Below are positions 8,232-17,355 of a DNA stretch of 64,000 nt, one piece after another; position 1 is the first letter of the stretch, and each line of letters begins with the position of its first letter. The stretch is from positions 3,566 to 67,565 of the IMG/VR virus record IMGVR_UViG_3300037047_000162; one strand, 5' to 3'. This DNA comes from a virus. Its lineage: Duplodnaviria; Caudoviricetes. Under the pieces are notes generated by a model. The model was given only the letters and a program-made list of their open reading frames with translations, had not been told where the DNA came from and searched no databases. The position numbers and the translations under genes are program-made.

Positions 8232-11200
8232 CTATCCGTAGGTGAAGGCGGCTAGGAAACGTTCGTACATGGTCACGACTTGTTGGTTGCTGACGTCCTG
8301 TTTGCGGCTGAGCAGGCCCAGTTCGCGGAGGGTCTTGGTCATGTCGTGGATCGAGGTGGCGATCTTCTCTTGCGGGCTTCCGCCGCTGCCCATCTGCCCG
8401 GCTGCTTGGGCGGCGGCCGCGGAGTAGGTCGGGCCGAGAGCAACGGCGTGCTGCAGTCCTGCCACAGCACCGGCAGGACCAGCAGGCGAGCTTTGCGATC
8501 CAGTTGCGCCTTGCGTTCCCGCTGCGGATTCGGCCCCCATCGCGGCCTCGAAATCCGCGGCGTATTGGTCGGTTTGCTGCTGGGTTTTCAGCCGTGCAAA
8601 TTCTGCTTCGGCTTCGGCAACGGAGAGTCCGGATTCGATCTTCGAGAGGAACGACTCGAGCGCTTCAGAAACGCGGCCTTCCCCAGCCTCATCGCCAGCT
8701 TTGGCAAGGTCGCTGCGGAGCTGGTCGGTGTAGGCTTTGACCGCCTGGCGGGCGTCGGCGAGAACGTCCACCTTCTGCTGCGGACCTCCGAGCGCGGCCA
8801 GATCGGCTTCGAGTTGCGTCGTGTCGAGACCTTCTTGCTTTCCCTGGGCGATAGCGTGTTCCAGGTTTCGCTTGTGGACTTCGCGGCGGGCTTCTTCCAT
8901 CGCTTCGGCGCGTGCCTGTTCATCGGCCATGTCCACGCCGAGGATCTTGGACATGATCGCTCCGGACAAGCCGCCCTTGGCCGACTGTTCGAGCATCCAG
9001 TTGGCCATGCTCTCGACGGCTTGCTGCCAGATTTGGGGGATCAGGCCGGCGACTTCCAGGATCGTGTCGAGAGTCGCTTTGCCCCAGTTGTTCCACTGGT
9101 CGGTCAGGAAGCCGGTCACCTTGCCCCATGCCTTGACCAGGCCGTCGCCGATCTTGCCCACGGTGCGGAGGATCGTGGCGAAGACGTTGGGAAACGCCTT
9201 TTCGATTTCGCCCAGGCCCTGGAAGACGGCCAGCTTCATGCCGGCAATTGCGAGCTTTCCGGCCATTCCCCAGTCGCCCGCAGTGATCGCGTCCTTGACG
9301 GCGCCGAAGGTGCCCTTGAACGTTTCGACGATCGGGAGCACGGCGGTCACGAGACCTTGCCAGGCCGCGCGGCCGTGTTCGGAGAACTTGACCCAGGCCA
9401 CGGCCCCGGCCACCACGCCGGCCGCGAGCAGGCCCACGGGAGACGCCACCGCGGCCACGGCCGCACCGATCGAGCCGAGCACGCCCAGGACCAGCGGGGC
9501 CATCGCCAGCATGGGGGCGAAGGCACCGCCGATGCCCATCGCCCCCAGCAGCCCGGCAGCTCCGACCAAGCCGCCGGCCGCGCCGCCGAGACGGCCGAGT
9601 CCCCGGCCCATGCCGCCGCCCATGCGAGCCATCGTGCCAACCAGGCCGGCGGCCGCGCCTCGCGCGGTTCTGAGAGCGTTGAAAAAACCGAAGACGCTGG
9701 CCCGCGCCGATCGGAACGCCACACCGGCCCCGGTGCGGACGCTGGCCCACGTCGCCTTGAGATAGGCCGGATCCAGCGAGGTTCGCAGCAGCTTGTAGAA
9801 CGAGAACGCATCGGAACGCATCGCTCGGAAGGCACGCCCCGCGGCTGCGCGGATGTCCTGCCAAGTGGCTTTGAGATAGGCCGGGTCCGCCGTGGTCTTG
9901 ATCATCGACCAGGCGCTCTGGGCCGCCGGACCGATCCCCTGCATGGCCTTGATGACAGCCGGGACTGACCGAGCTGCGAACATGGCGGTCTTCGCCGCTG
10001 CCGCCCCGACCCCGGCTCCGATCCGCTGGCCGATGGCGGCCCCGGCCGAGGCGGCTGCCGAGACGACGGGCAGAAACGCTGCGCGGGCGCCGGGCGCCAG
10101 TCCGGTGAAAGCACCCGCGGCGACCGATGCCGCGCGCCGCAGGGTGCCGCTGATGACGCCGGCCGCCGTCGAGGCCGCGGCTCCCAGCAGCCGGAACGGG
10201 AACGCGATCGTGTTGCCGATCCCGCGGGCCACAGCGCCGACAGCGCCCACGGCCATCGCCGCCGTGCCGAGGGCCACGGCCGCCAGCTTGGCGGACACGC
10301 CCAGGGCGATCAGGCCCGCGCCGGCCGCCACGAGCCCGGCGGCGACGGCGGCGGCCGTGAGCACGATGCCCTTGTGTTCCTTGACCCAGGCCATCGCTGA
10401 ACCAGCGGCGTTTTCGACCGTCTTGGCCAGCATCCGCAACGTGGGGGCGAGCGTGTCGCCGATCTCCAAGGCGAGACCTTCCACGGCCGACATCATAATG
10501 CGGATCGAACCGCCGAGGCCGGAGTCCATCATGGCGGCGGTGGACTTGGCGCGGCCCGCGGCGTTGTCGATGGCCGCCGACATCTTTTCCATCTCGGCGA
10601 CGGACGCCGAGAGCTTCATGCCCGCGGTCATGCCGCGCAGGTCGAAGACATCCTGGAAGAAGGCCAGTCGTTCCGAGTTGGGCATCTTGGCGGTGGCTTT
10701 GCCCAGGTCGATCATCACGTCGGCGATGGGGCGGAGCTTCTTGTTCGCGTCCACGGCATCGACACCGAGCGCCTTGAGTTTCTTCTGGGCGGCCGGGTCG
10801 GCGAAGGCGAGAATGGCCCTGCGAAAGCCGGTGCCGCCCATCGAGCCTTTGAGTCCCAAATTGGCCAACACGCCGAGCGCTTTGCCGGTGTCCTCGATCG
10901 AGAGCCCGGCGTCGGTGGCTACGGGACCGACATAGGCGAGCGCGTCGCCGAGGTCCTTGACTGTTTGAGCGGAGCTGTTCGCCGTGGTGGCGAGCACGTC
11001 GGCCACGCGGGTCGCTTCGCTGGTGGGCATGTTGAACTGCCGCAGGGCGGCACCGGCGATGGCCGCAGCCTCGGCCAGCGGGGTGGCGGTTGCGCGGCCG
11101 AGGTTCTGGATCGCTTCGGTGGACGCCATGATCTCTTGGGGATTGAACCCGGCGCGGCCCAGTTCGACCATCAGGCCCGCGATCTCGGAAGCGGTGTAGC

Positions 11201-11513
11201 TGGTGGTTGCTCCAAGACGTTTTGCTTCGTTGGTCAGCATTTGGAAGTCGGCGCCGGCCGCTCCGGTGACTCCGGCGACGATTCGCATCTGATCGTCGAA
11301 GTCGGCGAACCGTTTGCCGATCATGGCGATCGGTAGCGAGACGCTGGCCCCGATCGCGGCCATCGAAGCGCCGAGGCTCTTGACGGAATCGCCGAACGCG
11401 GAGAGCCGGGTCGAGGCGGCTTTGAGCGCCCCGGCGAGTTGGCTTGTCAGCTCGTTGCGAAGGTATAGCCGCACGAACGCGCGGCCGGCCTCGATGTCAG
11501 CCCTGCTGGCCAT
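8232..11513 (-). CDS. Phage tail tape measure protein (TP901-like core)
   Basis: AKRLGATTSYTASE...LGRAGF...LATTANSSAQTV.DLGDAL.YVGP...LANLGLKGSMGGT; Ala/Gly-rich, 1093 aa. Confidence 0.92.
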   Translation of the reverse strand: MASRADIEAGRAFVRLYLRNELTSQLAGALKAASTRLSAFGDSVKSLGASMAAIGASVSLPIAMIGKRFADFDDQMRIVAGVTGAAGADFQMLTNEAKRLGATTSYTASEIAGLMVELGRAGFNPQEIMASTEAIQNLGRATATPLAEAAAIAGAALRQFNMPTSEATRVADVLATTANSSAQTVKDLGDALAYVGPVATDAGLSIEDTGKALGVLANLGLKGSMGGTGFRRAILAFADPAAQKKLKALGVDAVDANKKLRPIADVMIDLGKATAKMPNSERLAFFQDVFDLRGMTAGMKLSASVAEMEKMSAAIDNAAGRAKSTAAMMDSGLGGSIRIMMSAVEGLALEIGDTLAPTLRMLAKTVENAAGSAMAWVKEHKGIVLTAAAVAAGLVAAGAGLIALGVSAKLAAVALGTAAMAVGAVGAVARGIGNTIAFPFRLLGAAASTAAGVISGTLRRAASVAAGAFTGLAPGARAAFLPVVSAAASAGAAIGQRIGAGVGAAAAKTAMFAARSVPAVIKAMQGIGPAAQSAWSMIKTTADPAYLKATWQDIRAAAGRAFRAMRSDAFSFYKLLRTSLDPAYLKATWASVRTGAGVAFRSARASVFGFFNALRTARGAAAGLVGTMARMGGGMGRGLGRLGGAAGGLVGAAGLLGAMGIGGAFAPMLAMAPLVLGVLGSIGAAVAAVASPVGLLAAGVVAGAVAWVKFSEHGRAAWQGLVTAVLPIVETFKGTFGAVKDAITAGDWGMAGKLAIAGMKLAVFQGLGEIEKAFPNVFATILRTVGKIGDGLVKAWGKVTGFLTDQWNNWGKATLDTILEVAGLIPQIWQQAVESMANWMLEQSAKGGLSGAIMSKILGVDMADEQARAEAMEEARREVHKRNLEHAIAQGKQEGLDTTQLEADLAALGGPQQKVDVLADARQAVKAYTDQLRSDLAKAGDEAGEGRVSEALESFLSKIESGLSVAEAEAEFARLKTQQQTDQYAADFEAAMGAESAAGTQGATGSQSSPAGPAGAVAGLQHAVALGPTYSAAAAQAAGQMGSGGSPQEKIATSIHDMTKTLRELGLLSRKQDVSNQQVVTMYERFLAAFTYG

Positions 11514-11800
11514 GCTGTTTCATCCTTTCTGCTACCAGTTTGCGTTCGGCTTCCAGGTCCGCCCGCGCCTGACGCATCGCGGGCGTGTCCGGCAGCGGGT
11601 AGGACTTGTAGACGGCAACTGATCCGCGTTTGACGAACTGTTCCACGTCGAATTTGTCCTGCGTCCAGATCGTGAAGCGGACGTCGAGAGCGAGCTGCCG
11701 CTGCCGCTCGCGCCGGGCGTGGGCCATCAGCCACAGGACCCTCAGCGAGAGTCCACGAGCGGGGACTCCGCACTCGCCGGCGAGGCGGTGGCAGAGGTCG
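11497..11800 (-). CDS. Tail assembly chaperone C-terminal (T/GT) segment, probably reached by frameshift
   Basis: RLAGECGVPARGLSLRVLWLMAHAR resembles GT segments. It lies in the -1 frame relative to 11742-12329. The start is uncertain. Confidence 0.55.
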
Positions 11801-12329
11801 GCGGGGTGTTCTCCTGGCCAGATGCAGACGCGGCGTCCGCGGAAATCGGCGAATCGGTAGACGCCCTGGCCTCGTCCACCAGCTGCTGCTGGGTCATCGC
11901 ATCCAGCCGCATGAAGGCTTCGGCCAGCGGCAGGATCTTCGTGGCGTTGTCCAGGCCGATCAGGTTCAGCTGGTCCGTCTGCGTCTTGCTCGACCGTCTC
12001 TTCATCAAGCTCGACTGCATCTCGGACCATTCGCTCGCCGGGAAAAAATCGGCACCCTCGTCAAGCAGCGCCTCACGCCCTCGCGGGATGGCATCGCCGC
12101 GAACCAAGCGGGCGAAGGCTCGAGCGGTCACTTTATGAGCCCGGATTTCCTCGCCGCACAGGACGGCGAGCACGCGGCCGACCGCGGCGGCATCGGTGGC
12201 GATGGCCAGCCAGCCGCCGGCGGAGATGTCGGCCAGGTCAATTCCTGTCTCGCGTTTCACCTCCTCGATCGCAAAGGCGTCCAGTTGGACTCGCCATTCG
12301 TTGCCATCGAGATCCCGAAAAATTGACAT
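11742..12329 (-). CDS. Tail assembly chaperone (G-like)
   Basis: FRDLDGNEWRVQLDAFAIEEVKRETGIDL...DFFP; lies between the tail tube and tape measure genes. Confidence 0.7.
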   Translation of the reverse strand: MSIFRDLDGNEWRVQLDAFAIEEVKRETGIDLADISAGGWLAIATDAAAVGRVLAVLCGEEIRAHKVTARAFARLVRGDAIPRGREALLDEGADFFPASEWSEMQSSLMKRRSSKTQTDQLNLIGLDNATKILPLAEAFMRLDAMTQQQLVDEARASTDSPISADAASASGQENTPPTSATASPASAESPLVDSR

Positions 12330-12390
12330 TGAAAATCCTTCCCGATTACGGTTGTTGTTGGCGATCATCACGCGGAGCGTGATGGCTACA

Positions 12391-13029
12391 TTACGAATTG
12401 ATGCCGGCCAGGATGTAGAGTGTTCCGGCTGAGGCGCTGTCGTGCGAGGCGGCGCCGTGGGTGATGCGGTTGCCGCTGAACAGGTTGGTGTCTCCGGCGT
12501 CGATGTTCCAGATCTTGCTGCAGCCGCCGTTGGCTTTTTCGTGAACGAGGTCGAGTTCCTCGATCGAGGCGTTGCCGGCGTCCTGCAGGTCGAGGTGGGC
12601 CTTGGCGCCGGTGTCGGAGGGGTTGCGGTAGAAGATGCCGATGACCTGCAAATCGTCGCCGTCGAAGTTGACTTCGATGGGCGTCTGCTTGACGACGGTG
12701 CAGGCGGTGTCTTTCGCCGGGAGAGCGTCACCGGCTCCGCCGTTTAAGCTGACGACGTTGCCGCTGACGCTGGCGAGCATTCCGAAGCGGACGCCGCCGT
12801 CCCAGTGAACGTCCACCAGGTCGCTGGTGAGGATGCCGTGGCCGGTCGAGAGGGTGGCTTCGCCGGTGTCGTCATCGGTGCGCGTGGTGAGCGAGCCGGT
12901 CTTGGCGGCGGCCACGGCAGGCAGTTCTTTCTCGACGGCCACGATGCCGGTGAAGTCGACCACGGCGGCGGCGTCTTGGAACGAGTATCCGGGGAACGAG
13001 AACGAGCGGATGTCTTGGGCGCGGGGCAT
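12391..13029 (-). CDS. Hypothetical virion structural protein
   Basis: Clean ORF within the tail operon; beta-rich. Confidence 0.55.
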   Translation of the reverse strand: MPRAQDIRSFSFPGYSFQDAAAVVDFTGIVAVEKELPAVAAAKTGSLTTRTDDDTGEATLSTGHGILTSDLVDVHWDGGVRFGMLASVSGNVVSLNGGAGDALPAKDTACTVVKQTPIEVNFDGDDLQVIGIFYRNPSDTGAKAHLDLQDAGNASIEELDLVHEKANGGCSKIWNIDAGDTNLFSGNRITHGAASHDSASAGTLYILAGINS

Positions 13030-13080
13030 GGGTTGTATCCTGGGGGGCGTTGGGGCGGGTGGCGGCGTTGGTTGGTGAAT

Positions 13081-13193
13081 ATGGCCTTCGGCCAAAGGGG
13101 GTCGCGGGGGTTGCGGTCCTAGGGCGTTGCCCTAGGCTACGGTGGATTGTGGCCTTCGGCCAAAGGGTGAATCGTGGCCTTCGGCCAGAAGCC
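13081..13193. repeat. Cluster of three GGCCTTCGGCCA mini-hairpin repeats (REP-like)
   Basis: TGGCCTTCGGCCA near 13082, 13150 and 13176, intergenic. Confidence 0.75.
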
Positions 13194-13202
13194 ATGCGGC
13201 AC

Positions 13203-13637
13203 TTAGGTCCAGGCGCGGCCGTAGGCGCTGGTGGGGTGCAGCTCGAATTCGATGACCTGGCCTTCGGCGATGGGGCCGGGGGAGCTGTAGCGGAGCCAGA
13301 AGTCGCCGTCGCGGGCGGTGGCGCCGCCGTTGTGCCGGACGAACTTGAACGCCTTGCCAACGCGGGGATTGGCGTCCGCGGCGGCCAGCAGGGCGGCCAT
13401 GTGCGTGTCGCCGTCGTGATAGGTCATGGAGAACTTCGGGGTCGCCGCCGCCTTGACGGGGTATTCGTCTTGCTGCGGCATGGTTACGCCGTCTCCGCGG
13501 GTGGGCAGGTCGACGTATTCGTCCTGGTTGCCGCCGGGATCGATGTCGACGATGTTCTTGTCGATCAGCGTGGCGGCCGTCGAACCGGCGGCGCCGTAGT
13601 ACACCATGAATTCCCAGGCAACGCGTTTCTTGGACAT
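13203..13637 (-). CDS. Putative major tail tube protein
   Basis: Position after the tail terminator and gp10-like genes; ~144 aa with a KFSMTY...FWLRYSSPGPIAEGQVIEFELHP beta pattern. Confidence 0.6.
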   Translation of the reverse strand: MSKKRVAWEFMVYYGAAGSTAATLIDKNIVDIDPGGNQDEYVDLPTRGDGVTMPQQDEYPVKAAATPKFSMTYHDGDTHMAALLAAADANPRVGKAFKFVRHNGGATARDGDFWLRYSSPGPIAEGQVIEFELHPTSAYGRAWT

Positions 13638-13667
13638 GGGTGGGGCTCCTTGGGGTTGGTCTTTTGC

Positions 13668-13731
13668 GTGGCACGGCCTACTTGTTGGCCGTGTTGATGC
13701 GAAGACACGGCCAACGAGTGGGCCGTGCCAC
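13668..13731. repeat. 27-bp imperfect inverted repeat pair (REP-like); third copy at 17322-17348
   Basis: GTGGCACGGCCTACTTGTTGGCCGTGT / ACACGGCCAACGAGTGGGCCGTGCCAC. Confidence 0.85.
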
Positions 13732-13748
13732 ACTTGCGGCTGGACGCG

Positions 13749-14183
13749 TCAGGAAATCGAGGACTTCCAGGACGCTTTGAATCGTTTCGATGCTGCTGCC
13801 AGCGCGGGGGCCATGAAGGGCCGCGCGGGGATGTATCGCTTGGTTCCTTTTTTCTTGCCTCGGAAGGTGCCGCCGCGCTCGTGCATGGAGCCGAGCCAGG
13901 GCGGCCGGCCGCCGCGGCGAATGGCCGAATAGGACGGGCCGACGGTGACGTTCGTTTCGTCTACGGAGTAACGGATGGACCGCCGCAGCTTGCCTTGGTG
14001 GGCGTGCGGCGGGGTGCCTGGCCGGGATGCTTTGGGCGCGAAGATCATCGACTCGATCGCCGCCTTGCGGATGCTGGCCGCGGCGTGCGAGAGGCTGCGG
14101 AACGCGCCTTTCTTGGCCGCGCTGTTGACCGCGCGCATCCGCTCGAAGATCTTCGCTTCCACTCCGATCGCGCCTCTGCCCAT
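13749..14183 (-). CDS. HK97 gp10-like tail component
   Basis: SRPGTPPHAHQGKLRRSIRY...IPARPFMAPAL; TGATG overlap with the upstream gene. Confidence 0.75.
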   Translation of the reverse strand: MGRGAIGVEAKIFERMRAVNSAAKKGAFRSLSHAAASIRKAAIESMIFAPKASRPGTPPHAHQGKLRRSIRYSVDETNVTVGPSYSAIRRGGRPPWLGSMHERGGTFRGKKKGTKRYIPARPFMAPALAAASKRFKASWKSSIS

Positions 14184-14689
14184 CAGTAGTCCTCGTCCGT
14201 GTGGTAGGCCACGCGCACGGTGCCGGTGACCTGCCGTAGCGTGGTGATGTGTTCCCAGTGCCAGTAGGCGCCCAGGCCGTTGGTGATCTCGGAATCCGCT
14301 CGTTTGTCGCCCGGCTCGACGTAGACCGCCAATACGCCGTCCGGCAGCAGCAGGTCTTGATGGTCGGGGTGGGCGAGGTAGTCGTCGATTTCTTCGATCA
14401 AGGAGACCGTCGCGTCGGCATTGGTCAGGTCGTCGTCCACGTCCTCGCTGAACCGCTTGCGCACGAGGATCTCGACCACCACGTCGCGGCGATAGGTGCC
14501 GTTGCTGGTCCGCTTGCGGCTGGAATGCGAGGGGACGACGAGCACGTTGACGGTGCTGAAGTCTTCGATTTCCGCCGCGGTCATGTAGGTGCGGACGGCC
14601 CCCAGCGGCTCGGTGAAGACTTCGGCTTCGTCGGCAGCGTCCAGCAGGTCGACGACGGCTTGGCAGATTTCTTGGACTCGGTTGTTCAT
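14183..14689 (-). CDS. Putative tail terminator / neck protein
   Basis: Acidic 168-aa ORF in the head-tail connector position. Confidence 0.55.
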   Translation of the reverse strand: MNNRVQEICQAVVDLLDAADEAEVFTEPLGAVRTYMTAAEIEDFSTVNVLVVPSHSSRKRTSNGTYRRDVVVEILVRKRFSEDVDDDLTNADATVSLIEEIDDYLAHPDHQDLLLPDGVLAVYVEPGDKRADSEITNGLGAYWHWEHITTLRQVTGTVRVAYHTDEDY

Positions 14690-14729
14690 TGGGGCTGATC
14701 ATCACGCGGAGCGTGATGACTACAATTTG

Positions 14730-15092
14730 TCAAACTCGTTTGGTTCTGATTTCCCATTCGTGGCCGCCTCTGTAGCTGGTGACCGCCGGACCGGCGATGT
14801 TGGGCAGGACCTCCCACGCGGCGCCGCCGGCGTCGATCAGGCGGTCGCCCTTCTGCGGTTCGACCGCTGCACCGTCGATCAGGTACGCGGTCTTTCGCAC
14901 GAGCCAAGTCCGATCGACGAGGATGACCATGCCGGCGTCGGCGCTTTCGATCCGGCCGGCCTGGTCGGTCCAGGAGGCGGTGACGTTTGGGGTCGTGATT
15001 GCGCCACGCTGCAGAGTGACCGGTTCGCCGAACAAGCGGTCGGCGGCCGGTGCGACGAATCGTTCGTACAGCGTGTCGAAGGGGGTGGGCAT
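14730..15092 (-). CDS. Head-tail joining (head closure) protein
   Basis: GEPVTL...EPQKGDRLID...WEV motif pattern; follows the capsid gene. Confidence 0.65.
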   Translation of the reverse strand: MPTPFDTLYERFVAPAADRLFGEPVTLQRGAITTPNVTASWTDQAGRIESADAGMVILVDRTWLVRKTAYLIDGAAVEPQKGDRLIDAGGAAWEVLPNIAGPAVTSYRGGHEWEIRTKRV

Positions 15093-15113
15093 GGGGATGG
15101 TGGGGGAAGGTTA

Positions 15114-15192
15114 CCAGTGGGCTAACGCCACACGGCTCGCCGAGGGCACCGGTGGGCTTACGCCACACCGCTCGCCGGGGGCACGGCTCGCC
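15114..15192 (+). repeat. REP-like GGGCTRACGCC..GCTCGCC cluster (2.5 copies); further copies at 8194-8221, 16215-16243, 33189-33216, 34980-35007
   Basis: Same motif as at 4021-4396; all copies are in the same orientation. Confidence 0.85.
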
Positions 15193-15193
15193 G

Positions 15194-16165
15194 TTAGGTG
15201 GTGATGTTGCTCAGGAGGTAGGCGGCTTCGGTGTAGAGGATCTTCTCCTCGACTTCGTGGCGGACGCGGCAGACGTCGCCGCGGCTCTGGTCCTCGTAGT
15301 AGGTCTCGATCGTGCCGCCGATCCGCGAGCCGTCCTCGCCCCAGTGAAGCGTGCGGCTCAGGCAGGGCTCTTCGATGTTGTCGGTCTCCGCGACCCGGGC
15401 GATCATGGCGTACTCGTCGCTCCAGATCGACGAGATGCTCACGGCCTGGCCTTCGTTGGCCGTGTCGCGAGCACCGCCAGCGACGATGACGTATCGCAGA
15501 TCGAATACGCTGGCCAGGACGGCGGCGGTGATCTTGCTGGGCTCGATGGACGAACCGGCACCCTGCGAGGCGATCATGTCCGTGACCTCGTCGCAGCGGC
15601 GGAGGTTGCGGAATACCTTGCGGTTGATGATCAGGGCGTTGGCCCAGAGTCCGCACGCCTGCCAGATCGCCATGACGGCGTTGTTCACGTCGGTCACGGG
15701 CGTGGCGTTGGTGAAGTCGTCCCACTCGTTGGTGACGCCCGCCGTCCGAGCGGCGAACGTGGTGGCGTTGAAGATCAGGTCGGCGACGCGCTTTTCCTGC
15801 GCCCGGAGCACGATGTCCAAGGCGGTGGCGGCGCAGACGGTCTCGAAGTCGAAGAACGAGCGGTACATCTTCGACTGGCGGCGGTCGACCGGGATTTCGA
15901 TGCCCTTCTCCTTCGTGCCGAACGTGGTGTCCTCGAAGGTGAAGTTGGCCCGGTTGTAGTTGCCGCGGCTGTCGCGGCCGACTTCCGGCTCTTGCAGCAG
16001 CTGCTTGAGCGGGATCTTGCCGAACGTGCCGGACTGGACGGCCGACTCGAAGACGGGCGCGACCTGGTTGCCGATGAAGCCGCGTTGGTTCATCAGGACG
16101 TCGAAGTCGAACATCGTCCCCAGGTCGGGACGGTATCCGTTCAGTGCGGTGCGAGGGGCTGGCAT
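15194..16165 (-). CDS. Major capsid protein (lambda gpE-like)
   Basis: 323 aa, downstream of the protease and decoration genes; FIGNQVAPV...GKEI.VD...RAQEKRVADL...CRVRHEVEEKI. Confidence 0.8.
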   Translation of the reverse strand: MPAPRTALNGYRPDLGTMFDFDVLMNQRGFIGNQVAPVFESAVQSGTFGKIPLKQLLQEPEVGRDSRGNYNRANFTFEDTTFGTKEKGIEIPVDRRQSKMYRSFFDFETVCAATALDIVLRAQEKRVADLIFNATTFAARTAGVTNEWDDFTNATPVTDVNNAVMAIWQACGLWANALIINRKVFRNLRRCDEVTDMIASQGAGSSIEPSKITAAVLASVFDLRYVIVAGGARDTANEGQAVSISSIWSDEYAMIARVAETDNIEEPCLSRTLHWGEDGSRIGGTIETYYEDQSRGDVCRVRHEVEEKILYTEAAYLLSNITT

Positions 16166-16268
16166 GGGGTGGTCTCCTTGGTGGCAGGTTATTGGTGGGC
16201 GGGGTGTGGGGATTACCCGTGGGCTAACGCCCTACGGCTCGCCGGGGGGCGTCGGGGTTCGCTGGGGA

Positions 16269-17228
16269 TTATCCTTCGACGGTCCAGGTGCCGACGCCGA
16301 AGCAGGCGACCCAATCGCCGTTTCCGTCCGCGATCAGGCGAACGCTTTCGCCTTCGTCGTCGGCGCTGATGTACTTGTTGTCCGTCTGCTTCGCGCCGTT
16401 GATGTAGATCGCGCCGGCGGCGCCCGGGTCGATGCGAAGTTCCTGAGCGGTCATCACGACGAAGTCGAAGTAGTCTCCGACAACGGCGTCCTGGGGCAGG
16501 GTCAAGGTCACGGCGGCGAGGGCGCCGAGGTTCGTACAGACCTTGCCGGTTTCGGCCTTGGTCAGCGTGTCGTCGGCGGTGAAGATTTCGATGGCTTTGT
16601 TGACGGCCGGGTCGTTGATCGCGGGGCTGGTGAGCGTCTTGTTGGTCAAGGTCTGGGCGGCAGCCGCGCCGACCAGGGTGTCGTCGGCGTCCGCCGGGCC
16701 GGTGTAGGTCCGGTTGCCGGTCAGCGTGGCGGGGGCCTGGTAGTAGGCCACGAAGTTACCGGTGCCGCCGGTCTGGCTCTTCAGGCCGGCGCGGGGCTTG
16801 CCGAGATCCGAATCGACCTGGAACGTGGCGGCCGTCGTGCCGGTGATCGCCGTCGAGATGTCGGCGTTGCCGACGGGCAGGACTTCCAAGACGTCGCCGT
16901 CGGCCGTGACCGACTCCAGGGCCTTGCCTTCGACGACGGTTCCGGTGCTGGCGACTTTGCCGTTCGCGGCTGCGTAGATTTCGTTGCCGCCGGTGATGGC
17001 GCCAGAGGCGGTCATCTTGCGGGTGCCTTGGGCGTTGGCGAGATAAATCGCACAGTCGGCGCCGGCGACGTGGTATCGCTCGGTGACGCCGATCGCCATG
17101 TCCGTAACGCCGGCATAGCCGACGGTTCTGGGCGAGGTCGTGGGGTCGGTGATCTTGACGCGGCGGAACGCTTCGAGGGCGGTCGCGGCTTTGAAGGTCT
17201 TGCGGGGGCCTTCGATGTGTTGGCTCAT
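16269..17228 (-). CDS. Capsid cement/decoration protein (DUF2190-like N-terminus) with extension
   Basis: KTFKAATALEAFRRVKI...AIGVT...ASGAITGGNEIYAAANGKVA...GKALE...GDVLEVL. Confidence 0.7.
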   Translation of the reverse strand: MSQHIEGPRKTFKAATALEAFRRVKITDPTTSPRTVGYAGVTDMAIGVTERYHVAGADCAIYLANAQGTRKMTASGAITGGNEIYAAANGKVASTGTVVEGKALESVTADGDVLEVLPVGNADISTAITGTTAATFQVDSDLGKPRAGLKSQTGGTGNFVAYYQAPATLTGNRTYTGPADADDTLVGAAAAQTLTNKTLTSPAINDPAVNKAIEIFTADDTLTKAETGKVCTNLGALAAVTLTLPQDAVVGDYFDFVVMTAQELRIDPGAAGAIYINGAKQTDNKYISADDEGESVRLIADGNGDWVACFGVGTWTVEG

Positions 17229-17355
17229 GGGTGGGGTCCTTGTTTCAAATCGTTGAACAGCAGGGAACGGAGGGAACGGAGTGGCGAGGGGGGCGATTTA
17301 GGGGCGCGCCGACTTCGGCACACACGGCCAACAAGTAGGCCGTGCCACACCGACG

